64,000 nt of DNA from Tubulanus polymorphus (lineage: Eukaryota > Animalia > Nemertea). Numbering within the stretch: the first letter of the stretch is position 1; each line of letters starts with the position of its first letter. The stretch spans positions 3,782,001 through 3,846,000 of the forward strand of contig NC_134036.1 of assembly GCF_964204645.1 (NCBI RefSeq). Direction: 5' to 3'. Under the pieces are notes generated by a model. The model was not told where the DNA came from. It ran no database searches and worked only from the letters and a program-made list of their open reading frames with translations. Made by a program: the position numbers and the translations under genes. Shown piece after piece: positions 1 to 51,480 of the stretch.

Positions 1-3000
1 GTAGAACATAGATACACAAGATTCCAGATTTTATGGGTTTTTTTTCTAAATTTTGTTTCAAGTATATTCCCGACGAGCGCCGGAAGTTGGCGGCGCTTTG
101 AACTTCCGACCTCGATGAAGAATTGATGACCTCGACCCGGTAGCCGACGGGGTGAAGGTCGTACGTGTGCGCGCGGTGATGAACGAATATAGGTATATAC
201 GTGTATATATATATATATATAAGATGTGCGGAAGTAATTTGTCTATATCTATCTACGAAGAAGGTCGATCTGATCAGCTCTTACTCGAAATTCGCATTTA
301 TAATCAACGGGGCCTAAGAGATCTTTTTGCTCGTCTTTTTAGACGACTCGCTAGAAACGCCGTTAAAATACCGAGTTATGAGTCTTGTAATGCGGTTATC
401 AATCTGGAGCCTCTTTATCCCTTTGAATATTCGTAACTTCAACAGCGACTGTTCTCGCTAACGAATCGAACGCCCAAGGGACTTCACCTGAGATGCTATC
501 GATGAAAAATGAACTTCAGACGCAAGATATTAGACGTTTTATCAAAAACTGATCGTCCCACCTCTGACATTTCTAATTGAAAATGATCTATAAACATCGG
601 ACATTTAATCAGAAAGTGATCGTTAGGACTTCCAACACTGAAATAATGGCGATTATCGTAGGGGGTGCTTCAAGGTTGCAACTTGATACCCGCATAATAG
701 TCTCCTAACCAAAGCTCGATTTTTTTTGGGCGAAATGAAATCCGACTGAACGAAAAAAAGCTTCGTTTTCCCTTCTGAATCAAAGTCCAATTTTTCGACG
801 AAAAAATAGACAACTCTCAACAGTCTAACACCAACAACTCGCTATAAGTCTCGAGACCCGAGGCCCGATTTCGCGACAGCCGAATTTTCGAAGAAGAAAA
901 AGAGGTCCATTCGATACCGATGGTTACTTCATGTTTTCAATGAGCCCGCCGTTTCGAATTAAACCGTCGTTTCAGACTCTCGAAAAAGGTGGTCTTTGGT
1001 CCTGATAGACGCTAAACGGGGCCTCGAGACCTCATACGGGCTGTACGCGCGGCGTACGCGTTAGTATTAATTCGTTCTAAAAACGAGCGGACCCGACTTT
1101 TGATTCAATGAACTAATTCGTAAAACCCGAACTTTTCTTACTCAATTTTCATTTTTCATCATTTTTTTTCAGATAATCCGAACGAGTTTCGTAAAAACCT
1201 ACGTCGTATAGCGAATTTTTCAGAAAATTCGGAGATTCCTGATTCTCTAAATACAATAAATAATATTCGAAGCGTCGGTTCTTTTCTCCTTATTTCGTGT
1301 TTCCGTTTCAGAGAACAAAAAACCGATCTCTCTTCAGAATGTCGGACAAAAATTCTACCGTATTTACTTTTTTTTTCAGTGAGATTAACTTTTATATATA
1401 TAGACTCGGCTTTACGCTACGATGGTGTCTCCAAAATTAGTAACGGACCCGGTTCAATTCGACTCGCAGTTAACTGGTCGAAAATGAACTTATTCAACTC
1501 AAGGTTTGACTCACAACTGTCGAACGGGCCGGACAGTTGCATAGTTGTGAGTTAGAACTGAACTCTGAGTTAGTTATTTCCTGATGAGTTAACCGCGAGT
1601 CAAAACCTAGAGCAGAAGACCGCGGAACCGGGTCCAGAGTATTACACGATCTCCGTCGACGATCCACTCGTCTAAAACACAATTGAAACGAATTCATTTA
1701 CTGAAAAAGTGCCCGTGATAATCTGAAAGTGACGTCATGCGGGGATTTCGTGGAGGGAACCATCGCAAAACGGAGAGGGTAGGAAAGCGGAATCCGACCG
1801 ATTCGGATTCCGTACGAGGCCTACCGTCCCAGTTAACACGGGCCGCAATTATATATCTATAAAATCATCATCATCATCATTTTACGTCAACAACGTTTTG
1901 AGTATTATTCGATTTTAACGAGAATTCAACAAGAATTTTCCAAACTTCATTTCGTGTATACCTAACGTTTCCGCCGTCCTCGTCCGCGTCCGAATCCGTC
2001 CATTTACGAATACGCCGCAGAGGCGTGCGCGAGTCGACGAAGTTGAAATACGAAGTGAACGAGAGTGAAATTGATAAATCCGAAACTTTACGTATTTCAT
2101 TTTTTTTGTGCCGATATTCCGATTACGATAATCCGAACATGGTATTCCGAATGTAGCCGACTCCGAACGACTCCGTCTAACCGACTCCAAATTGACTCCG
2201 CGTCGCCTGATATTCGCCCGCAGTAGCGCCGTTACGTTCGCCGCCAAATCCGCATTCGATTTGACTGATAAAACTCGCTGATTTTCCGTTCCGCAGTGCC
2301 CCGTTTGATATTTCCATTGCTTCGAATTAGCACTCGCGGTGAGCCGCGGTTGGGAAGGAACGGCGAGGACCCGCGACGCGTGTGTATACGAACGGAGGTA
2401 GAGCAGACCCTGGTAAGCGGGTCTTTTTTCAACAGATCTCATATATACGTATGTTATTCGAAATATTTTTCGTCATATTTTCCCGGCATCGTGTGTATAA
2501 TTGGACCAGCGCGCTTTTCAAACGTTCGAATTTTGTGTCGCGCGCATGTTTTTTACAATTCTCATCATAAATCTATTTTCATTATTATTTTCATTACCCT
2601 GGACTCCTGAATGATAATTTACGATCACCATCGTCATCGTGCGTGGTGCGTGTGTGCGTGCGTGCGTTCGTCTTGCGAGGTAGTGTTATATTATATATTA
2701 AGTGTGACGTATAATTTCACGTCTGCACAACGAGGACTCCTCCGCGATCTACAGCGGCAAGCGAGGATCCGTCAGGTGGCGTACAGCGTGCGCGGCAGGA
2801 CGTCGACGACGTCGTCGTTCGCTACCGTGGTAAGCGAGGATCCGCCATGTGGCGCCAGCGTCGTCAGAATATCGATCATTCGCGGTGGAAACGGGCCACG
2901 ACGCTAAGCCACTGTGACGTCCTACTATTGAGCGCACCACCTGGCGACGGGAAAGCCGGAGTCCTCGTTCGATCGATTCTCGACACGTCTTTATCTATAG

Positions 3001-3093
3001 ACAGAAAACGGGTGAGAGGAGGAGAGAATACATGAGAAAAACAGTTTACATCAATAATAAAGATCACCCGCATATCCGAGATTGTTTACCATC

Positions 3094-3094
<1 letters not shown>

Positions 3095-3159
<65 letters not shown>

Positions 3160-3211
3160 TAATAATAATGATAATGATAATAATAATTAATAATAATAAT
3201 AATAATAATAA
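3095..3211. repeat. (TAA)n microsatellite in the protogenin 3' UTR
   Basis: Directly visible. Confidence 0.97.
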
Positions 3212-3557
3212 CACCGTTACGCGTGACTGGCGCTGTTTTAAAACCCGAGATATTTTTCATGTCTTTTCGTATCCACGAAATGACGATTATTCGTCTTTTG
3301 ATCGCGCACACAAAACCACGACCACGCACACGGTCGCGCACACGCGCGTTTCATTTAAAAAAATTAAAACCCGAGATTTTTGTTGTATCGTGTATTTGTC
3401 ACGGTTATTTTTTTCCGTGTCAACTAAAAATGCTGCTGCTGCCGCTACGAGTACGAGAGATTTCACTTCGTTATTTTTGTTTTTCAATTTTGTTTTCACA
3501 TAAATTTTCATAATCGTCGCCGTTTCGTCCGCGCGTTCGGTTCGTGTTCTCTCTCTT

Positions 3558-41802
<38,245 letters not shown>

Positions 41803-42029
41803 AACGGCGTCTTCATCGGTAGCGTTTATCCCCTCGCAACAATGAGAAAAATATATATCCGAAAACCGCCGAACGCGAATTCTAGATACGTCCGTGTGTT
41901 ATTATTATTATTATTATTATTATTATATCCGCTGATGTTCTAAACTCTCTTCTTCACCAACCACGCAAATCATCCTGCCCGTCGCATGAATACTATCCAT
42001 TGAACCGGTTCACTACTTTTCGCCTTTAA

Positions 42030-42480
42030 CCTTACGCGCGCCGTTCCCGGCTACGAGCGTACGCCCGGGCGTTCGCGCGGCCGCTGACCGCGTCGCGACC
42101 GCCCGGCGGTCGGCGTCCGACGGGCGACGGCGCGGCGACGGCGACCGCCGACCGGGCGGCGATTTCGTCGGCGATTCGCGCCGGCGCCGGGCGGCGTCGA
42201 CGGCCGGGCGAACGGCGCTGGTTCGCGCGAGAAGCAGGAGGAACCGAACCGGATAGAATGCCGATATCATTAAGCTATGCTGATGCACTTTAGCGGTGAT
42301 GGTTTTCGCGCGGTTTTTCTTGCGCACAACACTCCACAACGCTGTAACGAACAACATTCAGATGCAGGGGCAGGATATAGTGCCCCGCCGACCCTCGGAT
42401 CCGTTATAGTTTTTAAAAATTTCGAAAAAGTTACGGATACTGATAGCGACGTACGCGTCGCCGTAGTACGCATACTGATT
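42030..42480 (-). promoter_or_regulatory. CpG/GC-rich 5' UTR and putative promoter of the protogenin-like gene
   Basis: Very GC-rich block 42040-42240 upstream of the ATG; minus-strand TCAGT initiator-like motifs near 42440 and 42476. The TSS is inferred only. Confidence 0.5.
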
Positions 42481-44775
42481 TTGAAAAAAATTTTTTTTTA
42501 ATTTTACCGTTCGTTTTTACAGTTCGCACTTGAGTTGAAATGGGTACAGGCTTTAGCATACGTTGCCGTGTATAAAAACAAGTCGGCGAAATTAAATATT
42601 TAGAATCAATAATGCTAAAACTATCGTCGTAAATGGATTGGTTGAAGAGGGTTCGAGAGGTTATCATTTTTCGAATGAACTAATGATAATGCAACGAATT
42701 ATAAAAGCGAAATTGTTTGCAATATCATTCGAACTGACGGAGAACAAATGAATACATAGTAAAGAAAATCTTCCCATCAAATTCAAAAGAAGAGTCTTAA
42801 AAAAAAATCGAAAATTTTTTTTCTGATACGTAAACAATTTTTCATAGCGAAGGACGACGCAAAAAGCAAGGCAGGTTTCGAATAAGCAGGAATTTCTTAT
42901 CAAACGAAATCGTTTGAGAATATTTCTTAATCTTCTTTAAATCGTTTCGGAAACAACGATCGTTACGACTGTATTTTTGATATGATCGAAAATTGTTGCC
43001 AATAAACCATTTTGATTTGACTTTTTATTACGGCACTATATGAGGCTACGGGTACATACGTACACATCGGGACGGATCTGGGGTATTTTTGGACGCCGTT
43101 CGCAATAATTAGGGAAGTTACCCTTTTTTTGTGAAAGACAGTTCCCGTAAAAACGTAGAAAAAAATTGACACAGTCATCCTCTCAGAAATGGTATCGTTT
43201 TATGTATTATCTCAAGCTAAAAATTCTTCGGCTTAATTTTCCTTTACGGACCCCTCGCTATATAACACCCAACATATACGCGCGCGGGCTAGATTCAACA
43301 TCGTGATGACGTCATCGGCGTTCATTCATACGCGCCGATGAAATATAGACGCGTTCTCGGCGCTCTATGATATATGTTACGCGTGGGTAGATATTGCGGG
43401 TAAAGCCTTTGCTGCGAGCGGTGGTGGCCCGCTATTTTATACAATAATTCAATTATTTTCATCAGGGCCGTACAGGGCGGGGGCGGTAATTTTGGAAAAG
43501 TGCCATTTTTACCATTATTGTTTGAATAATGTCAAGTCTATCATATTTTCTTAAAATGATGGTAATGTTTGTTTTAAAATGATAAATCTACGATAGTAAT
43601 TCAACAAACCTAAAATAGTAACCCTTATATCTATGTTTCTCGGCCCCCCGGGGCTATTCATTCTATGTAAATAGTAACTTTAGTGTTATTTTCTTAAAGC
43701 CGTAAAAATCGTTACAATAATTTTCACATGCATTATTATTCGTTATGATATAATGGGTTCTGTGCGTGAGTCGATGTGCACTACGTCATCGATTTAGGCG
43801 TTTCTAAATGACAATTACAACGGTGAATTTTGGCGTTTATTTCATAACTAAATACATTTCGTAACTCTTACTTGATATTTGTTATAAAAAAAAACGTCGA
43901 TAATTATTTTTGGAAAGATGTGCACTACGTCATCGATATATCGGGGCTGGACCGATTAATTCAATTCAATTATCGATATGTAAGAATCCAAAATGAACTT
44001 AATTCTTTATAAATATTTTATCATCTATTGTGGACGTAAAGCGTTATATTTCGAGGCGCCAATAAACTTTCCTGTTTATTTCTCTTGTTGCTTTTTGCCC
44101 CTTTCTGTATTTTCTTCTCCTAACATTACGAATAAAGATCCGTGAAAAGAACTGCCATTTAGGATTTTTCTCTTCCCCCGCCACCAAAAAGTAACATAGG
44201 CACGGCCGTGTACATAATACCCATTATTACATAACACAAATTAGACCCTATTGCAAATGATATATTCCAAAATCCACGTATCAAACGATTTAGGTAAAGC
44301 CTTCGCCGCAAACGGTGATCCACTAACGGTAGCACACAAAATCATCTATACATAAAATACTCATTATTACATAATACATATCTAGATATATATCGCAAAT
44401 TATACATATTACAAATTAATTTCAAATTATACATATCATTTGCACTTACAGCGAGTGTTCATCAATCGTGTTTTTTTTAAATTATAATGAAAGCTTAATG
44501 AAATCTCAGCATAACCGATCATTTGGATGGAATAATTTGCCAAATTCTATGCCGAACAAGTTACGTATAATCGCTTCTAAATCCATCGACAAAATAAATA
44601 CATAATTGAAACGGAATTTCGATTAATTGTGAACTCGCATATTCGTTCGCACGAGCAGTTTATGTATACAAAGCTTATACGGAGAAGATATGTATATACG
44701 TGGCTAAAAAGATTGATAACTTGTTTCTACTAATCGGCCGGTCGTTAAGTAGATCGCGCAACAATATTTGTAGTA

Positions 44776-44956
44776 CAGCGGAACCTCGTTACAATAAAAC
44801 TTCACAGGACCAGAAAGAAATCAGTTCGTTATAACCGATAGTTCGTTATATCCAGAATGAAATAAATCAGATTCTCGTACTTATAGGATGATATTCTATA
44901 TTTCGTTATATCCGATGAATCGTTGTATCCGAGTTCGTTGTAAAGAGGTTCCTCTG
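44776..44956. mobile_element. Tc1/mariner-pogo-like MITE
   Basis: TA|CAGCGGAACCTCGTTACAA ... TTGTAAAGAGGTTCCTCTG|TA. Confidence 0.8.
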
Positions 44957-46510
44957 TAATCGGTTCATTTCTATATAGCTGCCGGGTGCGTTATGGTTAG
45001 CTTGATCGCGATAAATGCATGTTAATGTACACAGGGTAGATAGGCGGCCGGTCGGGTCAACTTTAAAAGCTCAGCAGAAACGAGAGATACGAGGTATCAA
45101 AGTTTTCAGCCTATTTATGGATTTTTCAAGACGGCAATAAACATCGAAAAGAAAGGAAAGTCCGCGTAAATAGGATACGTCGTGTCTAACGATTCAACGA
45201 GGGATTTAACTGATTCGGAATATTCTTAAAGAATTTGAACAGCGAATTTCGAAAGTTATTATAGCGTCACTATGTTTCGAGCATTCACGCGCATTTTCCA
45301 GGGTTCGTCCGCGACACATATTTCGCTAAAATACGAATAGATATTTTCGATCCGATTCGGGTCTAATAGGTCTGCGCCTCATAAATCGCCGTTTTGCGAA
45401 CGACGAAAATCCGCAGATTTACGACCGCCCAGGTTTAGTAGAGCATGTGAAAATTGCGACATCGAAACCGCTCGATGTGACCTTAGTCGGTTATTCTCTT
45501 TGTGCGAGAGAATTAATAATCGTCGAAATTAAGCGATTCACCGTGGGACGAGCGCGATATATCAACATAATGATAATTCGTGCATGATCGTATATACGTC
45601 AGCATTAAAATGTCGTAATAGAGACCTACTTAACGCGCGTCTGCGCATAAATCACCGTCGCAACATGCTACCCGCCCTTGCCTGTCATTTCTACTCTACT
45701 TCGTCGTAAAAATGATAATTTAATAAGAGCGCGCGCGCGCTCTGCGTGCGTTTAAATTTCAGACCTACGTAGAGATGTTCTGATCGATATTCGTTGTACG
45801 CGTAATTAAAAAATGGTAGTACGCGCCGCCGTGGGAGGGAGAATGATCGCGTGAGTAGGATCAAGAATATCAATATTTATAAAATACGAAATTGAAGTTA
45901 GAAAATTGACCGCACGATTGTTTGAGATTTATCTACGCCTTGAAAAAGAAAACGAATATTCCCCTCATGTTGTCGACGATAAAATCTTATAACATTAAGG
46001 ATCAATAAAGTAATTTTGGATTTGAATATCGATAATTGAATTGAATTGACCGGCAACCAGTCTAGCTCCGACAAATATTGATGATTTGGGTGAAATTTAT
46101 AAAAAATGATAAAGTTACGAAATGTATTTGATTACAAAATAAACGCCAAAATTCCCGATTGCAATTGTTTTTTTTTTGAAACGCCAATATCGATGACGTA
46201 GGGCACATTGCCTGGCACAGAACCCCTTAGAGTACCAATATAAACATTTTGCACGGTTTTTACGGCGTCAAAAATACGAAAATACTTTGTGGAACTGGGT
46301 CCAGTTGCACAGTTGTGAGTTAGAGTTAAAATCAGTTCATTTTCAACGAGTAGAAAAATTCTGTGTCAAATCTTTATTCAGAACTGCGGAACTGAGTCTA
46401 TTCTGATGTTAAAAACACCCCCGGCACCTGACCCCATTCCGCCGCGCGAGATTAATCGACTTATAAGTTACAAAAAAATGAAACGATCGCTCTGGACGAA
46501 GTAGGCGTCG

Positions 46511-46807
46511 TGACGTCATTGATCATTGTTGCGGTTGACGTCACGCGCGCGGCAGCAGCCGGTGGTGACGTCACTGGAGTGAACGTTAGTTTTTTTTCTT
46601 GTTCATCGTCTCTGAAAAATCCGCAGTCGGCGCCGGGCACGAAGAGCCTCGTCGCCGCCCGGAGCGGTTTAAATTCGGATTAACGACTGACGACGATAGC
46701 GTACCCGCATCGTGACATAAATACGAATACAAGATACTCGAAGGGGGGAATTCGTTTAGCGGATTTGCGGTTTCATTTTCCTAGATTTGTTTTTCTAGAT
46801 GGTAAGA
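46511..46807 (+). promoter_or_regulatory. Triple palindromic CRE cluster with Inr-like motif and downstream splice donor
   Basis: TGACGTCA at 46511, 46536 and 46566; TTAGTT at 46586; ATG|GTAAGA at 46799-46807. Confidence 0.6.
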
Positions 46808-47082
46808 CGATAACGGGGTCAGTGCTAGCTAAGATGTATGACGCAGATAACTACAAACTACATGTGATAGATATTAATATTCGACGAATGTCCGAATGAG
46901 AGGGAAAGAAATATAGCACTTGTGCCGAGGTGCGGACAGGTCACTGGCCTGGATCTTGCGCTGATAAATGGTCAATTACCTTATACAGACTGTCCAACGT
47001 ACTGTTCAAATATATAATATATAGCCTAGCATGACTATTATCAATTATAAATTTATTAATGCATTTCTAAATAATTGAGATA

Positions 47083-47640
47083 CAGAGCTGCCAACCTTTT
47101 AAAAGAGCTACCAGTAACAAATTGCATTTTTTTCGGTAACCTTTCACTGAAATATGAAAGGTGTTCAAATTAATCAGTAATCAACAGTAAGACCCTCAGT
47201 AACATCTTTCATATTTCTGTTCAAATTAATCGGTAATCAACAGTTAGACCCTCAGTAACATCTTTCATATTTATGTTCAAATTAATCAGTAATCAACAGT
47301 AAGACCCTGAGTAACATCTTTCATATTTCTGTTCAAATTAATCAGTAATCAACAGTTAGATCCTCAGTAACATCTTTCATATTTCTGTTCAAATTAATCA
47401 GTAATCAACAGTTAGACCTTCAGTAACATCTTTCATATTTCTGTTCAAATTAATCAGTAATCAACAGTTAGACCCTCAGTAACATCTTTCATATTTATGT
47501 TCAAATTAATCAGTAATCAACAGTTAAATCCTCAGTAACATCTTTCATATTCGAGTAGTATGCATCAAACAAATCAAACCAGTATTTCTCCTAATAAAAT
47601 AGTAACAAATACTGAAAATCAAGAAGAGTTGGCAGCGCTG
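47083..47640. mobile_element. TIR element (hAT-like ends) carrying an internal ~59-bp tandem array (47162-47550)
   Basis: TIRs CAGAGCTGCCAAC / GTTGGCAGCGCTG (12/13); ~6.5 internal units GTTCAAATTAATCAGTAATCAACAGT..CAGTAACATCTTTCATATTT. No TSD resolved. Confidence 0.75.
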
Positions 47641-48232
47641 CGTTACTAATTCAACTACTAGTTTATCCCACTGTATCAAAGAAAAGGGCTTAAAAAAACC
47701 TTCTGTATAATTCTGTAGTCAAACGATTTAATGTTCAGGGCACAGATGTGGTGGATGTGCTCAGTCGTGCGGCGAGGACCGAAACGAAATGGATTGTACG
47801 TGTATTTTTGTTTTCAGGAAAAAAATCAGCAATAGGGGCTTACACGCCGACGAATTCTCGATTTTAGAATAAGATATTTCTGATGAAATACATTCGAAAA
47901 GTTTTAACGTCTCTCTGCTATCGTTTTGGTAAATCTCTCGGGCCTAAACTAGGCCGGCATGAAAATCGTTTAGGAATTTAAGCTATAATAGGATATCGAA
48001 TATTGTTTGATCAAAAACTAAATTGAAAAAATTAAAAGCAAAGACGATGATCTCCTGCGGTTCAATTTCCGAATAACATTTCGCCTTTTGTCTTTTAAGG
48101 AGTTCGGGTTTTAATCTTTCGATCTATCGGATCTCAACGTATTCTACTACGACGCGCTCAATTTCGAAGAGATCGAAAAACATTATGCCCTTCGATTTGT
48201 TATTCTGTGTCCTGCTTTTCCGACATCATGCG

Positions 48233-48234
<2 letters not shown>

Positions 48235-48318
<84 letters not shown>
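48235..48318. repeat. (AT)n microsatellite
   Basis: Directly visible. Confidence 0.97.
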
Positions 48319-48320
<2 letters not shown>

Positions 48321-48589
48321 TAGTACACCAGATTCATCCTGGCTTCGGGCGGATATTTTTGCGAAATTTGCGAATGAGGCTGAAAGAAATTGATACATCG
48401 TTTCTCAGTGTTCTGCCGAGTGGCCAAAAGTTGACCCGGCGGGCCGCCTATCTTCCATGTACATTACTTTATGTACATTACTTTTTTTTCATCAAATAAC
48501 GATCAAGCTTTACAAGACGAGGGCTCAGATGCGCAGTCGCGAATTTAAGTCCAAAAGTTGACTTAAATTGTGGTCCGCAATTTTCCCAT

Positions 48590-48830
48590 TCATTTTCTCT
48601 GGTTTCCGTTACGAGACCCTTATTTTTCGAACTGTCTGCCACTAGTGTGTCCGTCTGTTTTTCAGCTACTCATCTTCGTAAATAGTGGGTCGATCTTGAT
48701 GAAACCCGGGTATAATATCGGTAAGGGGGTCTAGTTGCGCGGTGCGAAAAATGGACCCAGTGCGCCACCTAGCGGCAAAACTATATGCACTAAATCTCTG
48801 TATAACTCGAAGGTGACCTCCTCACAACAC
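48590..48830 (+). mobile_element. Possible Helentron/DINE-like non-autonomous element fragment
   Basis: TGTCTG..GTCCGTCTGT microsatellite-like head followed by GGGTCGATCTTGATGAAAC; recognised by motif resemblance only. Confidence 0.35.
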
Positions 48831-50345
48831 AGAGGAACGCGGTCGAAACGCACACGTCAGTGACGACGGATTCGAGCCTGAATCCGAGAGAACCGTTGTC
48901 GCTTGCGGTATGTCAATACTATTTCATAGCATAAAGCGCGACACAGGCTCGTAATGTCAAGTATCGAACGCGTGTACCCTTATAGATGAAGCTTCTCGGG
49001 GGAGACGATATATACACATGCAATACACATCGTCTACTTGATCTAGGGTGCACCCATTACATTCTGGCATGCTGCTTGTATCGGGGGGCAAACAACCTGC
49101 AGACAACAGTTCGCTAACCCGCGCGATACACAAGAAAACCACTTAACCGTCTTAAAAGTAACAATGCCTTCGCTTTCTTTTTCGAGTTTTTTTTTCGCGA
49201 AAAACGCGATGTTGAGTTTTTGTAGGAAAAATTCGGCGCTCGCTGATCTGTATGTACGCGGAAAAGCCTTTTTAGCGAGGGGGGTGGGGGGCATTTTCGA
49301 GTTCAACGCAGGGGTGGCCACTTTTATTTCGACCAGCTTTTTCCCCCGACTATTCCCTGACATGCGCGCGTTGTTTTCCCTGACTTGATCTGCTAAGAAT
49401 CTAATCAACTAACTCAGTCAAATACGTTAGACATTGACAGAAAATGCTTGATTTTACGCGCGATCTTGCAATCCCAACAAACTTATCCTTAAGCTTTTTT
49501 TTAGAAAATGACCACGACTTTTATTTTTAAGTACTAAAAAGTTTCCCGATTTCCAGGTTAGACAGTTGGCGGACCGCATCGAAAAATCGCTTTCGCTGCG
49601 CAAAAATCAGAAATTCGACCGAGTTTTTCAACGCGCCAGGGAAAAAGTCACTCCACTCCGCAACTGAGACTTTTAAAAACGACGGGTTTAAAAAAGCAAA
49701 TACACCGGTACATATATACAATAGAGTCGAACAATAGATTTTAAAATCAGCTGATGAAACATCTGCGCCTTCGAAATTTATTTCCATTTTAAAAATCTAT
49801 ATTCAATATATATATTATATATTTACATTCATATTTATATAAACCAATTCAACGATATATATATATATATATCTATATAATACTGGACTTATAGAAATAG
49901 GCGACGTGTGCCTCGTAATCCTAAATGAGAGCATTGAACTGGATTTTATTTATTTTTTGTTCAATTCGCTACTCGGTTACCTCGCACTGACTGTCAGCGA
50001 GGACAGCGATTGAAAAAAAGAAACTTTAGAAAAACCACTGAACCGATTTAAAGCCGAAACTTCTCCGTGAAACTGGATCCTGACAAGTCAGCTACGGTAT
50101 GAAAGTCCTCGATTATTTTCAATTTGAATTCGAATTTGAACGAGCAAATTTGTTCTCTCTGAAAAAAAGTGTTGGCGTTCTTGCCAGAGCGGCGGCGTTA
50201 AAAAGGAGATGGCAGCGTTATAGCGGACTTCGACTGCGTTTCGAATACACTGCTTTTAGAGGTTCAAATTCTAACACAAATCGCCAATAGCTATAATGCT
50301 GCTTAGTTGATGACGATACATCCAGGGATAAGAAGTCTAACCTAA

Positions 50346-50556
50346 GGCTAACAAATAATACCTCGTCTCTCCTAATCGGCCGGGTCATTTTTAAAACTAA
50401 AACAAATTTTGTAATCATTTAGCTTTTATGGTGTCTGTTATTGTTAGCTTGACCGTGATTTGACAAAAAAAAAGTAATACATAAGCAGCCGGCCGGCCGG
50501 GTCAACTTTTAGGCTCAGCAGAAAATGAGAAACAAGGTATCATTTGCTTTTTAGCC
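50346..50556. mobile_element. Tourist/PIF-like MITE (reverse copy ~31327-31542; fragments ~31630, 36865, 45045, 48390)
   Basis: TIRs GGCTAA..ATACCTCGTCTCTC / GAGAAACAAGGTATC..TTAGCC, TAA/TAA duplication. Confidence 0.75.
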
Positions 50557-51480
50557 TAAGACAAAATTTACTGGTCCGCTGAAGTTCGTTGTAACGAGGG
50601 TTCCGCCTTAAACAGCACTTGAACACATGATGATAAAACAGAAAAACACCTTGTTCGTTTGTATACATTAAACCGACTTAAAAACTAATAATAAATATGT
50701 ATATATTCATATAAAATTCAAATAAAACATGCACAAGATACATCAACGCGAAGCCTATTTTCAAAAGAAAAATAAAACAGTTTTAACGACCAGTTTGATG
50801 ATGAATATCAGGAGATCACATTGAAAATGGACGGATTCAAGCGTTCGGGTGAAATCGCTGTAGATATGAACCTAATATGATTACGTCATGGGGGTGTAGA
50901 TTACCGGGTGTATGCGTCTTTTTTGAATCGAATATTTCGGTACATCGTTTGACGACGTCATAGGAATGCGTTATACGTGTATATTTTTATAATGACGATG
51001 ATGTCAGAGGGGGACTTATGCGGGGGCAGCCATACTTCCTGGAATAGGCTATGTGATTAGAACGGGGGGATTTGTGGAAGGTGCCATCTTCGAAATGAGA
51101 ATGCTCGATGCACCTCACATCGCGGGAAGGGTCCAGAGCCACGTGTCAGCAGCAATGGGTCGGTGCGTTGATGATGTCGAACCCCTTACAGGTAGAAGGC
51201 TCGGAATCTGTTGCATCGTGTTTGCGGTTGCAGTTGCGGGCCGGTGCGGGGCACATGTGCAACCGCAGAAGTACACACACGCGATACTCGGAACAGAGTC
51301 ATCAATATCGACAGCAACCGCACGTGACTATACTACAATACATGTACTCTAACCACAAATTACACGGATTCGTCCGATCACTTGTAGTAAATACGTGGAA
51401 AGGTTCTCCCGTTACAAGCGCGCACTTCAGAGTAAAACATCTGGATAAAGCACTGAATTAATTTGTATGCTTGGCAATTA

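Noticed and set aside
50987-51439. Minus-strand 151-codon Cys-rich frame interrupted only by three TGA codons (..CGCCRY**LC..THCC*HV..), behind a good acceptor; selenoprotein-like appearance
   Set aside because: I could not find a SECIS fold downstream, recognised no family, and found no upstream partner exon in this phase. Frames of this length lacking TAA/TAG are expected by chance in 64 kb x 6 frames. SECISearch plus tBLASTn would settle it.
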